This document shows, one piece after another, positions 12,633 to 23,708 of a DNA stretch of 64,000 nucleotides. The notes beneath the pieces are model-generated. The model did no database searches and was not told where the DNA came from. It saw only the letters and a list, made by a program, of their open reading frames with translations. The translations under genes and the position numbers were made by a program. Location: positions 992,001 through 1,056,000 of the forward strand of contig BQFW01000007.1 in assembly GCA_020891255.1 (NCBI GenBank). Reading direction: 5' to 3'. This DNA comes from Entomortierella parvispora E1425. Lineage: Eukaryota; Fungi; Mortierellomycota. Positions within the stretch are counted from its first letter, which is position 1, and every line of letters starts with the position of its first letter.

Positions 12633-13589
12633 GCTGGTTGTTTTGGTTGGTTGGGATTGTGAAAGACGAGGGGAGCTGAGACTTTGCTTGCGCTGTGTTG
12701 GAAGCTTGATTGGCTGTGTTGGAAGCTTGATTGGCTGGTTGGTTGATGTTGAGAAAGTAAAAAAAAATGAGAAGGCTATCCCCATCATTTTATATCAACT
12801 GTCAAGTCAATCTTTGTTACCTTTTGCGGACTGTTGCACCGGAGAATCGACTTGTCGACTCTTTTTTTTTTTCATTTTCTCATGGTCGTGTGCGAAGGAG
12901 ATCGGAGGATCTTCGTAATCGGAGAGATGTTTTTGGATTGACAGAGCGGAGGTAATTTTGAGTGCATCATTGCAAAGCAGAGCAAAGCCAAATTTGACGC
13001 GTTCTTTTCCGGTAATTGACAAATCCGAACGGGCCCACTGTTTGTGGCCGATGCCATGCGCAATTTCAAAGGGAAAAAAAATCAGACACGCCGTGTTCTC
13101 GCAGCCAATGTTGATTTGAAATCAAAAAATTCCTTTTTGTAAACAGTGATTTTGTCATCCCTCTGCGCAAGGGAGGGGATGTCAAATCGACTTTGGCTCT
13201 GGTTTGTCTCTGTCAGACGAAGTTGACGGGTCAATTGGTGAACGCACGTCCCTCTCGGATTGTCCAACGAGATTTTCGACTTTTGTTGATTTGGGACAAC
13301 TGCTTCCTTTGTCTCTAAAGTCTAACGAACATTGCCTGATGCGGACAACGCCGCACGAACCAGACGTTCGGCAATGTTGTGCTTGAGCCATCGGTCAAAG
13401 CAGGGAACAACTGACCAAGTTTGCTCCGAGTTCTGGTATAAAAGATGTGCTCTTCCCCCAGTATCCTCTTTTTTCTTCTTCATCAGATCATCTCCAACAG
13501 CTCAAAGCATCAAAAGCACCAGCCCTTCAAGCTTTCTCCTCCCCTTCCACAGCCCCTCCTTCAACCAACCCAACCCAAAGCTTACCATC

Positions 13590-13823
13590 ATGACTGCCTC
13601 CACCATCGCCACCGTTGCCGCCCGATCCGTCCGTGCCCCTTTCCAAGCCGCTGCTCGTCGCCAAATGTCGACCGCCTCCTCGAACGCGTCCACTGGCTCC
13701 ACGCAGGCCGCTGCCGGTCAACACTCAACCCAGCGATTGGCCATTGCCTCGGGAGTTTCTGCTGTCGTCGGTGTTGATGTCACCTATGCCTACTTCACCT
13801 ACTTCAAGAAGGCCGACAAGTAA
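13590..13823 (+). CDS. 77-aa putative mitochondrial single-pass microprotein (paralog B)
   Basis: MTASTIATVAARSVRAPFQAAARRQMST...HSTQRLAIASGVSAVVGVDVTYAYFTYFKKADK. Codon usage resembles the highly expressed genes here; homologous to 12414-12632 with many synonymous differences. Confidence 0.82.
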   Translation: MTASTIATVAARSVRAPFQAAARRQMSTASSNASTGSTQAAAGQHSTQRLAIASGVSAVVGVDVTYAYFTYFKKADK

Positions 13824-14021
13824 ACCCCCCCCCCCCCAACAGGGATCGCAGCCTATCCCTAACTAGAACAGTTGTCCTACAACTGTCCAAAAGGCCTCTG
13901 GATGAACGCAGACGCCTTTATCTTTACTCCCTACTCTTCCAATTAGAGAATAAAAATACTCCTCTTGTTGAGTGAGCAGAATAAACTATCTTTTACTCGT
14001 CAATTGCAAGCTATGTTTCTT

Positions 14022-15042
14022 TTAGAATATCGCGCTGAGGATGGTGGCTGCAGTGTAGGTAATTGGCAGGACATGGGGAAGGACAACCAACTCAAGTGCT
14101 GCTCCCATCAGGTACCAGTAATGGATGTACCACAGCTTGATGGTTCCATGGAACAACGCGTCCCACCCTAATATCAAACACGTCCAACATGAAAAATAAG
14201 TCAGTCTGACACGGGTCCTCTATTTCTTTTCCTTTTTCTTCAAAAAGATCCTGACTCCAACACCACACCCTATTTTACCTCTGTAAACCCAGGCCGCGTT
14301 GTATCCAAGAAGGTAGATGATCGTGTACCTAAAAGTGTACCCGGGAAGAGATGAGCAAAAAAAGGATGGGTGGTTCTCATAGAAACAATGTCACCCTTCG
14401 GCTCACTTGTCTTCGCGCGATCAGACTTTTTTTTTTTTTGCCCTCTTCTGTCATAGTTTACCCTTCAATTATCTCGAGCACCCAAATGTTCAGAGGAAAG
14501 AACAAAATTCGAAGAGCTGTCGAGCTGATCAAGGCATGGTATCCATGAATGAGGATCGGGATGTAAAATACGTTCATGATGTATTGATGAATTGTCTATA
14601 TTTTGTTGTCGGTCAAGCCTGTGTCAGTTCCTGTGTGCTTGATGGCCCAAGTCGAAAGTGTCACTCCTCCTCTCTCTTTTTTTTTACCGTATGACCTGGG
14701 CGCCCTGCAAAAGGCCGAACAGAGACGGTTCCATCCAAGTCCTCGGTCGTGTTCATATAGAAAGTGTATTCTATTTTGTACCGTAGATGATGGTAAGGAG
14801 ACTGTGGGATTACAATTGACTGGAAATGCTCCTTCGTTACCTGTACAACTAAAGAGTCCGGCTCCGATTAGACATTGAAGTTTGACGGCAAGTGAGGTGT
14901 TGTAATACCAAGTCAGGAAAACGACAGTGATAAGTAGATAGCCCGTGGGAGTAATAGGGTGGGCCTTCAGTTTGGATGGCGCAGGGGCATGGATAGCGGC
15001 CCAGGGTGAGAAAGATTTTTTCTTCGAACGCGATGCCGCCAT
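14022..15042 (-). CDS. Multi-pass membrane protein, TMEM229/CmpB-like, 5 exons
   Basis: Splicing GT-AG exons yields one frame: ...LIGAGLFSCT|EYTFYMNTT...GHT|TIHQYIMNVFYIP...FPLNIWVLEIIEG|YTIIYLLGYNAAWVYRG|WDALFHGTIKLWYIHYW...SAIF-stop. Family call comes from a recalled W..E...G...W.Y...G.I.L pattern. Confidence 0.8.
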
Positions 15043-15310
15043 GTTTTTATCAATGAGTCAAGGAAAGGAAGAGGAAAAGTGAAGGAGGGGCTACAAGAGA
15101 AGGTGCAGGCGCAAAGGTAAAAGAAAAGGAAGGAGATGAAAGGCATGTAAGAAAACAACCAAAACGACAGAAGAAAGTGACGGTGGGACAAAGAAGACAC
15201 TTGGGGGCCGAGGCGCTGACAGAGAAGCACGTGCCGATTGTTCCTCGGATTGTGCAAGACGTATATTACTGTACTCTCCACTCCATTGCTGAGGCTAATC
15301 GCTTGTGGGG

Positions 15311-16846
15311 TCAACACTTGTAGGCTCTCCGACCCGAACGGTTGTCCTGCAACACTCCATGACGAGCCAATAGCGTCCTTAAGGATTCATTCAGCATTGT
15401 TCGGGAATGGAGTGTCCCCGTGAGAATCTCCAGTCTCGGCCAGTTCGACAACATCCACCGGATTTCCCTCTCGCCAAGCTGCTGTGGGGTATGTGAAAAG
15501 TCAATGCTCTTCAATTGTTTCAGGTTCTTTAGGTAGTCAAGACCACTGTCAAGTCCAAAATTCAAATACCGGTAGCACCCAGGCATGTTGATTCCGTCGT
15601 GACCAAACATACGTAGGGTTTTAAGTCGTGTCAGTGATCCAATCCGTTCGATGATCTCTGCCTGAGCGACGCACCTTTCCCCATACGAGAATTCGCCGTC
15701 GATCGCACATCCAAGGCTAAGGTGAACAAGACCAGTGCAGACCCATGGCTCTACAGCTATTTCTTGTCTGTGGAAGACATCTTTACCGCAAATAGTTTTT
15801 CCAGAGAACGACTCGAGGTTCGGAAGACTTGTAAGCATCGAAAGGATCATCTTTCCCTCAACATGGTATGAGGACAGGTCTAAAGACCGGAGACTCGATG
15901 CGAAATGAACCTGAACAATTCCCCAAATCGGCTCAGTCATCTTGACCACCTTCAGTTCCTCCGGTGGTCGATGGGTCGCGATGGTTGCTACTTTGTGGTT
16001 CAAAAATGAAACGAGGGCGTCATTTTCAATGTCCAGGTCCAAATGAACTAGTTTAGGGCAATGCTGTGCTTGTTCCATCAATGTATCGCCAATCAGAGCT
16101 CTGTCCCGTTGTCTTGGGGTCCAGCTGAAAGCCTCCAAGTGTGGGGACACCTTCAAAAACGCAAGTTGGTCCTCCACTGGCAGTCTGATGTCCTTCAGCC
16201 CCAGTTCTATGATTGGTGAACAAATGGGGGTTCCACCGTTGTCCTCTTCTTGTGCCAAGAGGCACATGGATAGGGTAATGTTGTCGTTTTCACCATTGGG
16301 CAACCAGAAATCGACCTCTTGAAGTTGCAGAGTACGCAAGCGGGAATAGATGCACCAACAGGCTGACCAGCTAGTGAGAGTGATCTGGGCTCTGGTGATC
16401 ATGAGTGACTGAAGGGACTCGCACGAGTCGATTACTTCCCACATGGTCTCGCTCACTTCAGCATTGGGGTCTGTTACTGTGCCCGCGAGCACAAGCACCA
16501 GATGAGTGAGTGTTTTTCTGTGCCGGAACACGCCAATAGAGTGCTGGCGTAGGTACCCTCGGAGCGTGAGCCTCTTGAGATTTCGGCAATACAGGTCTGC
16601 GAGGTAGGGCTTATCGATCTCGTTGCATTCAAGTCTAAGAACAGAGTCTGCGTAGTGGTAGAGCGCTGATAGGTTGTTCAATATGAACCAGGGTGCTGCA
16701 GTGCAGATGGCCAGTTCTTGCCACACCAAGGGCCCAAAGGCCGCGTTCCAGTCGCGTGACACACGAGCACAGACAGTGAGGTCGTGTCGCCTTAGAAACT
16801 GCCCCACTATAAAGAGGACTTCCGGAAGTCCCATGGCGAATGTCAT
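15311..16846 (-). CDS. Intronless F-box/RNI-like LRR protein (~510 aa)
   Basis: F-box-like LPEVLFIVGQFL...CARVSRDW...LVW, LxxLxL repeats, PWVCTGLVHL, GLDYLKNLKQL and EIRWMLSNWPRL. Confidence 0.85.
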   Translation of the reverse strand: MTFAMGLPEVLFIVGQFLRRHDLTVCARVSRDWNAAFGPLVWQELAICTAAPWFILNNLSALYHYADSVLRLECNEIDKPYLADLYCRNLKRLTLRGYLRQHSIGVFRHRKTLTHLVLVLAGTVTDPNAEVSETMWEVIDSCESLQSLMITRAQITLTSWSACWCIYSRLRTLQLQEVDFWLPNGENDNITLSMCLLAQEEDNGGTPICSPIIELGLKDIRLPVEDQLAFLKVSPHLEAFSWTPRQRDRALIGDTLMEQAQHCPKLVHLDLDIENDALVSFLNHKVATIATHRPPEELKVVKMTEPIWGIVQVHFASSLRSLDLSSYHVEGKMILSMLTSLPNLESFSGKTICGKDVFHRQEIAVEPWVCTGLVHLSLGCAIDGEFSYGERCVAQAEIIERIGSLTRLKTLRMFGHDGINMPGCYRYLNFGLDSGLDYLKNLKQLKSIDFSHTPQQLGEREIRWMLSNWPRLEILTGTLHSRTMLNESLRTLLARHGVLQDNRSGRRAYKC

Positions 16847-17021
16847 TGCTAATTGTTTCTTTGACGATGTCGGCAGAATCAAAATGGAAAAAGATGGCAC
16901 AAGGGGCAGATGCAGCTAGCCAAGTCTAGAGTGATTTTCCCTCTTGCCAGGGGGCTATGTCGTCCATTGGGATCGTGCGCACCCCTTTCGGTCTATTTTC
17001 GCTCTTTCCTGTCTGCCTCTG

Positions 17022-18602
17022 ATGGCATCACTCGAATCCACTTCATCATCTGTCCTCATGACTCTCATCGGACCCCAAGTCGACTCGCCGTGTAGTCTCC
17101 CACAAAACCAAAAGACCGCGCCATACACAACGAAGCGCCAGAGATGTAGCCCTCTTGAGCTACCAGAAATCCTGGTCATGCTTGGACGGCACTTACCGCG
17201 GGATATAGTCGTGGTCTGCCTCCGCGTTTGCCACATGTGGCATCAGGCACTTCTCCCTTGGGTCTGGTCTTCAATTAAATCCAGAGATACCGAGAACCTC
17301 CCACAACTCAGTGCTCTTGAGACTCACGCCCCTCTCGTCCGCGAGTTGTACATCAGAAATAGCCACTGCGCCTCGCTGTGGGGCACAGTCCACTTTGCCG
17401 GACTCACCGTCCTTTCCATCAGCTTTCCTGGAAGCGAAAAGACAGTAGACTTGATTCAACAACACCAATCGACGCTGCTCTTCCTAAGTGTCTCTTGCTT
17501 TTACTCCCCGGAGCTACTGGAAGCTATCCTCGGATGCCAAAGACTTGAAAAATTGCACTTTTTCAAAGCATGCATTAATGTCTCCGAGTGGATTGTAATT
17601 TACGAGAGGTTGCTGCATCGTCTCAAAGTTCTCACCCTCAGTGTGTCACCGAGATCGACGCCCAATGATCCTGAAAGTCTCGACGATTCAGAGAATGCAG
17701 TTGGAAGGCTGAACTGCTCGTCCACAGTGGCCATGTTACAGAACTTGTCGTTGGTTTGGGAGTCTGCTTCAGTTGGCAAAATACAGGATCTCACTTTCCG
17801 TGGTGGCGATATTCAGGCCCATTTCGAGATGATCAGGAAATGTCCCGATCTAGTTCGATTGAGCTGGTGCTGCCCGGTGGACACAACCACACGCTCACCA
17901 ATGCACCTGTTGGTGCAGGAGCTCCAGTACGGGACCGGGCTGGATCAACTCGAGTCCCTAGGCCTCCAACAAGCGTTTTCGAATGCATATTTCACCATTT
18001 TGATAGACCGCCTGCCAAAACTATCAGCATTGGATTTGAGCTGCAGTAGTTTTGATCGTCAATCTTGGCAACTACTCAAAGGCTCTGCACTTTCGAAGAG
18101 GTTGAAATCACTGAATTTGATGAAATGCCCTGAATTAAGTGGATCGACCCTGCAGGATATCATGTGCAGTCTCGTGGGTCTGGTAACCTTCAAAGCAGAA
18201 TTGATAAGCGAAACCGATCTCGAGAACGACAAACGGAATTGGGTCTGTTCTGGGTTGAAGGAGTTGAGGATCTGCTTCGCACCGGTGAAAAAGCCCTATG
18301 AGGATGTGATAGCCTTGCGACTGGCACAACTGACGAATCTTGAAGTTCTGGACCTGGATTATTCTCGGTTGTCGCTTTACCTTTCGATTGATGGAAGAGA
18401 GAATGAGTTTGGTGTTTTGGACCGATTGCGAACTCTCAGGAGCATGAAGAGCTTCCGTGTGTTGCTAAGCAGCGTTGCCTGGAACAATATCGAGTTTGAA
18501 TGGGTGTTGGAGCATTGGCCCAAGCTACGCAATCTCTATGTGCCAGTGTGCGGAGGTAACCTAGGTATTTTGGCCGGGCAGGTAGACCATCATTATTATT
18601 AA
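17022..18602 (+). CDS. Intronless F-box/RNI-like LRR protein (~525 aa)
   Basis: SPLELPEILVMLGRHL...CLRVCHMWHQALLPWVW, LRRs, NWVCSGLKEL and EFEWVLEHWPKL. Start codon uncertain (16944 or 17022). Confidence 0.85.
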   Translation: MASLESTSSSVLMTLIGPQVDSPCSLPQNQKTAPYTTKRQRCSPLELPEILVMLGRHLPRDIVVVCLRVCHMWHQALLPWVWSSIKSRDTENLPQLSALETHAPLVRELYIRNSHCASLWGTVHFAGLTVLSISFPGSEKTVDLIQQHQSTLLFLSVSCFYSPELLEAILGCQRLEKLHFFKACINVSEWIVIYERLLHRLKVLTLSVSPRSTPNDPESLDDSENAVGRLNCSSTVAMLQNLSLVWESASVGKIQDLTFRGGDIQAHFEMIRKCPDLVRLSWCCPVDTTTRSPMHLLVQELQYGTGLDQLESLGLQQAFSNAYFTILIDRLPKLSALDLSCSSFDRQSWQLLKGSALSKRLKSLNLMKCPELSGSTLQDIMCSLVGLVTFKAELISETDLENDKRNWVCSGLKELRICFAPVKKPYEDVIALRLAQLTNLEVLDLDYSRLSLYLSIDGRENEFGVLDRLRTLRSMKSFRVLLSSVAWNNIEFEWVLEHWPKLRNLYVPVCGGNLGILAGQVDHHYY

Positions 18603-18932
18603 TGCGATAAAAAAAACGGCAAGATTCGAAGAAAAGCGTCCATGTTTTGACCCCCACTGAGCTCAACAGAAGGTCGTTGGTTCACACAGAGGAACAGCGC
18701 GTCGAGAACGCGGCGTCCAACACGACGCAGTGACGCAGTCACTCACTTCGCCCTTTTTGTTCCCACACTTACATTCCCATGCATCCTTGCTCTTCTTCCC
18801 TTTACTTCATTCCATCAGCACCGCCGCATCCCTCAGGACCACAGGACAGGAAACTGAATCCGACCCAACTGCAGGAACAACACAGACAGCGATCAATTAA
18901 CATTCATTGGACAAAAGCTAAACAGTCCAGCC

Positions 18933-19901
18933 ATGATCGACATTCACGCCCACATATACCCTCCGACCATCCCTCAGGAGTCCATCACCCCGCTGATCCA
19001 GCGTGCCAAAGCCGCTGGCCTGACTTCTCTCCTCTCCGTCTCAGAGACGCTCGTGGATGCCCGGCAAATCCTCCGTCTTTCGATCCAGCACCCAGGCTTC
19101 ATTTTTGCTTGTGCTGGCCTTCACCCTGCTCAGCCTATCCGAGACGCCGATGGGGCCACGGTCGGAGCGCGCACAGTCTTGGAGTCTGATTTGGAGGGCG
19201 TCTTTGAGTTTATGGAAGAGAACATTTCTCGACTGGCCGGCATTGGCGAGGTCGGATTGGACTTTACACCCCAGCTCTTGAATTCGGAGCACAACCCAGA
19301 GCGGTTTCACAAGAAGCCAGATGATATCAAGACGGAACAACGCAAAGTGTTTGCGCGACAGGTCCGGTTTGCGATCCAACACGACCTCGCCTTGAATGTA
19401 CATTCCAGGAATGCGGGACATCACGCCATCACGTTGTTGGAAGAATTGGGGGCCAAGAAGGTGGTCCTGCATGCGTTTGATGGTCAGATCAAATATGTCC
19501 GAAGGGCTTTACAACTTGGCTATTACTTCTCGATCCCGACCAGTGTGGTGAGGATAGCACAGCAACAGGAAATGGCCAAGGAAGTACCGTTGGAATGGAT
19601 GCTGCTGGAATCAGATACACCTTGTTTAGCACCTGAAAAAGGTGTGAGTAATGTACCGTCGAACCTGTGTGTGGCAGCTCAGGAAATTGCCAGGATCAAG
19701 AATGTGGATTTGGAAACAGTGGTAATGACCTCTTTGTCCAGCTTTTCTTGAATGCGGTTGTTGTCGCTTTTGACACGGATGTTAACAGCTCTTTCCCTTG
19801 TATTCTATTTGTCGTGTCGATAGATCACCGCGACGACAGAGAACGCCTACAAGTTGTTTCCAAAGATTAAACCTCATCTACCAGCGTTGACAATAATCTA
19901 G
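18933..19901 (+). CDS. TatD family metal-dependent DNase, 2 exons
   Basis: Motifs IDIHAH, GIGEVGLD, VHSR, VVLHAF and LLESDTP. Intron 19722-19823; last exon ITATTENAYKLFP. Confidence 0.92.
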
Positions 19902-20376
19902 GAAATAAAAAAAAGGCAACAATTACGTTTTGTTTGGTTTGTTATTGAAAATTGGCAAATATAGAAGATGTCCGATAAGATAAAGAGGACAAAAGGAGCA
20001 CCAAGTGAAGGATCGTTACGGCTCTAAAGGATACGAAGTACGGATGGTATTAAACTAATTACAGAGAGGAAGGTAAGAACAGAAAAAAAAAAGGTAGACC
20101 AAAGGGGAAAGAGGGGCAACTCGTCAAAAATTGTCGAAAAGTCTGGTTCTTGCCACAGTGGGGTCCATCAAGTAGAAAAGGAAAGACCTGCTTGCCCATC
20201 TTTTGAACTTCTTGATCATGAGTCCAGGCATTCAAAAAAAGAGCAAGCCAACTCTGGCCGGGGGAGGCCTAGAGAGATGCCTTCCTTTACGAATGTTTGC
20301 TTGAGAATCACAATTGGCTTGAAAAGTTCTGTGTTTCTTTTTTTTTTCTTTTTTTTTTCTTTTGTTTTGTTTTTCT

Positions 20377-22584
20377 TTAAGCCTGTTGGGCTTCAAGAGT
20401 CTGGAGTTGCTGTTCTTTTGCCCAGAGTTCCTGTTGCTTTTCCTTCAACTCTCGTTCGACCTTTAGTTCAATCTCGCGCAGTTTCTCCTCCTCCTTTCGA
20501 AGCTGTTCCTCCTTCATTCGTGCATGCTGATCCTCCTCGTCAGAGCCTTCCCTAAAAGAAAAAGTTTTCTCAAAATGATTAGGACTCGTTGTTGCATTAT
20601 ATGCTTATATGCAAAGACGGGAAGGGGGGGGCAGGGAGGATGAACTCCCAGGACGGAGCCAGACAGACAATAAACAAAAGAATACAGAGTGCTAAGCGTC
20701 TGTACCTACTCCGACAAATCATCGGCACTGCGGGACAACTTCTCGGTACGGTAGTTCTCATAAAGGTAGTCGTGTGTAATATCTTTCAAGTCCTGCAGAT
20801 GGGAGCTGTTTGTGAAACAAACAGGAAAGAAAAAGAGAGGTTAGAGAAAACTCCTCAGAGAGTGCCTGTGTTTTCCACAAGGTACAACTGTTCATACCTG
20901 AGCAAAGCGAATCTCAGTTTGGCAAAATCACAATGCTGAGAGTTATCGACCTCGACGATACCCCAAGGGTACTGTCGAGCGCGAACTTTGCGACCATTGA
21001 CCACGATCTCCTCCTCGCATCCGATCAAGGCAAAGGGAAGGAGGGAGCGAAGATGCCCGTTCTCCTCCACGGTCTCTTCATCATCCTCTTCGGGGTCGTA
21101 GGGGAAGTTATAGATTGGAATATTGTAATGCTCGATATCCTCCATGATCTGTATTGTAAGAAATGAAAGACAAACATGAACTGAGCAAACATGATTTCAG
21201 AGATAGAGATGCTTGTTTTTTTGTCATTTGAATCGTCTTCAGCCTTCCTCTCTCCAGTTGGCACTTACACGCTTCTTGAAGTCAGCAAGCTCACTAGGAG
21301 TCAAAGTATCCGACTTTCCAATGACAGGGATGACATTGATGCGGGGGCTCAGACGCTTCATGAGCTCAATGTCAATCTCTCTCAGACTAAGAACAGCGAT
21401 GCCCCCCCAAAGAGATCCGTTAAAATGATGTTTGTTCTCCTTGAAAGACCAGATGGGGAGGTCAACCTCAATGGCCAACTGCTTCTCAGGGAGCTTACCT
21501 GTGGCCAGTGGGGGCAATAAAGTAGAGAAGAGCATGAACACGGTTGTCGCGGAAGCGAGGGTTACGCTTGATCCTAGACTCCTCTGACAGAATATCGTCA
21601 TACTGGCGCTCAAGGTAACCTAGGATCTCCTGAAAGCTGTGGTGATTTTTCAAGCGATTCACGGGATACGGAAAGTTAGTTGAGAGCCATTCTTGCTTTT
21701 TGTAGGCATATGTTGTTTGCCTGTGAAGGTGTGTGCGTGTGTGTACGGATGAGCAAGGAGTGAACGAAACTGCAAGGGGCAGAACAGAAATGAAAAAAGG
21801 GACTTTTTGACACACCCACTCCTCAAAGAGAGGGAGAAAAAAAAAGAGAACCAAAAACATAAAGACCAAAAACAAATCAAGGGCAAGGAGTAGCAATGTG
21901 GCACCAAGCCTGATGGCCTCATGCTAACCTGTTCTCACCGCGGTCAAGACAAGAAGAGAGCGACAAGAAGTCATTCCAGGAATCACTCTCTAGTTAATAT
22001 GATCCCTTACCAGTACTCGTTGTCGATCATGTCTCCGAAGCCAGGAGTATCGACGACAGTGAGCGAGATCTTGACACCATCTTCGTCAAGCTCTGATAGA
22101 AAGAAAAGAATGTAAAAGGACACAAAAGGAGCTGTCAGCATCCCATCGTTGCGGACCGTAGCAAAGAGACCACCAAGAATCTGGTTCAACATACCAACAG
22201 TGTAAGGCTTGATCTTGATGCCCTCTTCGATATGGGCCATCTCTGGCTCGTCGCATTCACGCTTGGGGACCACATCAGCATCGCACAGCGTGTTGATGAA
22301 GGTGGTTCGACCCAAACCCGAAGCGCCTTTGGTCAATGAGAGAGAGCGGTTGCTGAGAGAGTGAGTGATCAACGTTGTTTCGAGGTGATTCTTTGCAGTC
22401 TCTTCATTTTTTTCTGGTGCTTTGAAGGAAAGGCAGAGTCACATACCGACGACCATCAGCGTGAATTGAAATCCTTTCTTGACGTTCTTTCTGCGGCCGA
22501 CGCGCTAAAAGGGGTGCAAGACAAAGAGTCAGAGCATGGTCATGGAAAACGAATGCATGCCGTGAAGACGAATGGCGCGCGCGC

Positions 22585-22617
<33 letters not shown>

Positions 22618-22653
22618 GTGGTTGGTAGAGACGTGAAACTTTACGTGTGACAT
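20377..22653 (-). CDS. CDC11: Septin, Cdc11/AspA group, multi-exon
   Basis: GASGLGRTTFINTL, DTPGFGD, YDDILSEESRIKRNPRFRDNRVHALLYFI, VIPVIGKSD, YPWG, YENYRTEKLS and a C-terminal coiled coil. First exon ATG TCA CAC|GTAAAG at 22653. Confidence 0.93.
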
Positions 22654-23708
22654 GGTGCAAGGTGGTTGAAGAAGGTAATGGGTTTGAGGGAAGGAAGGAA
22701 CGAATGAATGGAATGAATGGACGAAAGGTGAGAATGAGATGCAGGAAAGTAATGGGAAAGAGGAAGGAGACAAAGAAGGACTGGACCGGGCCAGAGAGAG
22801 AGAGAGAAAGAGAAAGAGAAATGAGAATGAGAAGAAAGCCGGACGCGCACACCGCAAGGGACACCGACAGCCATCCACACCCATCTCCACATGCGGACTG
22901 GGACACCGTCGAAAATAGACATAATTGCTCAGATTGGCCTTGCTCCGTGTCTGTCTGGATGCTTGCCAATGGCTGGTTGCTGCTCGTGCGTCTGCTGATG
23001 GTGCTTTGTTTGTGGCTGACATCCGCGGTTTTAGCTGGCTGCCGTGGATGCTCCCGTCATGGCTCTCTCCAGCTCTTGGACGAGGCTCACGGTGCCTTTC
23101 GTCAAAGCAGGCGTGAATATATCTTCAGTCAAACGAGCCCTTCTTCTCAGAGCATGTTTTCTAAATGAAAGAAGGAAAGGATGGCACCGACCGCATGGAA
23201 CTGCGACAGAGACGATACGCGAACGAACGCGTCCCCTCTGGGTCCTGGTGATCATTTGGGACGCGTTCCTGCGCAACGTGCGTTTGTGTTTTACAATCGC
23301 AAGGACTGCGAAGCAATTGAGCCTGGAGAGAGGGTGAGATGATGCTGGGTGGACACAAAATGAAAAGTGACTCTTGACGACCTATCCCTGACTGCACCAG
23401 CACAGACAAATCCATTATTATCCAACGGTCGACAATAATGATTCCCACTTCATCGGAAAGGAAACATACAGGCAGAGTCGACAGAAAGGCGCGGATGATA
23501 TCGTTGGAGTCGGTGACAAAACGTTGTTGGCCTTGCGGAAGTGCTCATCCTTGGACAGATACAAAGCTCGATTAATAATGCCACGCACGATAAACGATAG
23601 TGTCTCTTCTTTTTGTTTTTTTCCCTCTTTTCTCCACTTTCGCTTTCCCTTCTTTCTACTCCTACCACAACTGTTCGTTTTCCTTTTATTGTTTTCTTCA
23701 AGACTTGA

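Noticed and set aside
22587-22617. Long homopolymers and (GA)n/(GT)n tracts (also ~10849, 47185-47224, 48880, 52895, 58005)
   Set aside because: Ordinary microsatellites in introns and UTRs; their lengths may be affected by sequencing error.
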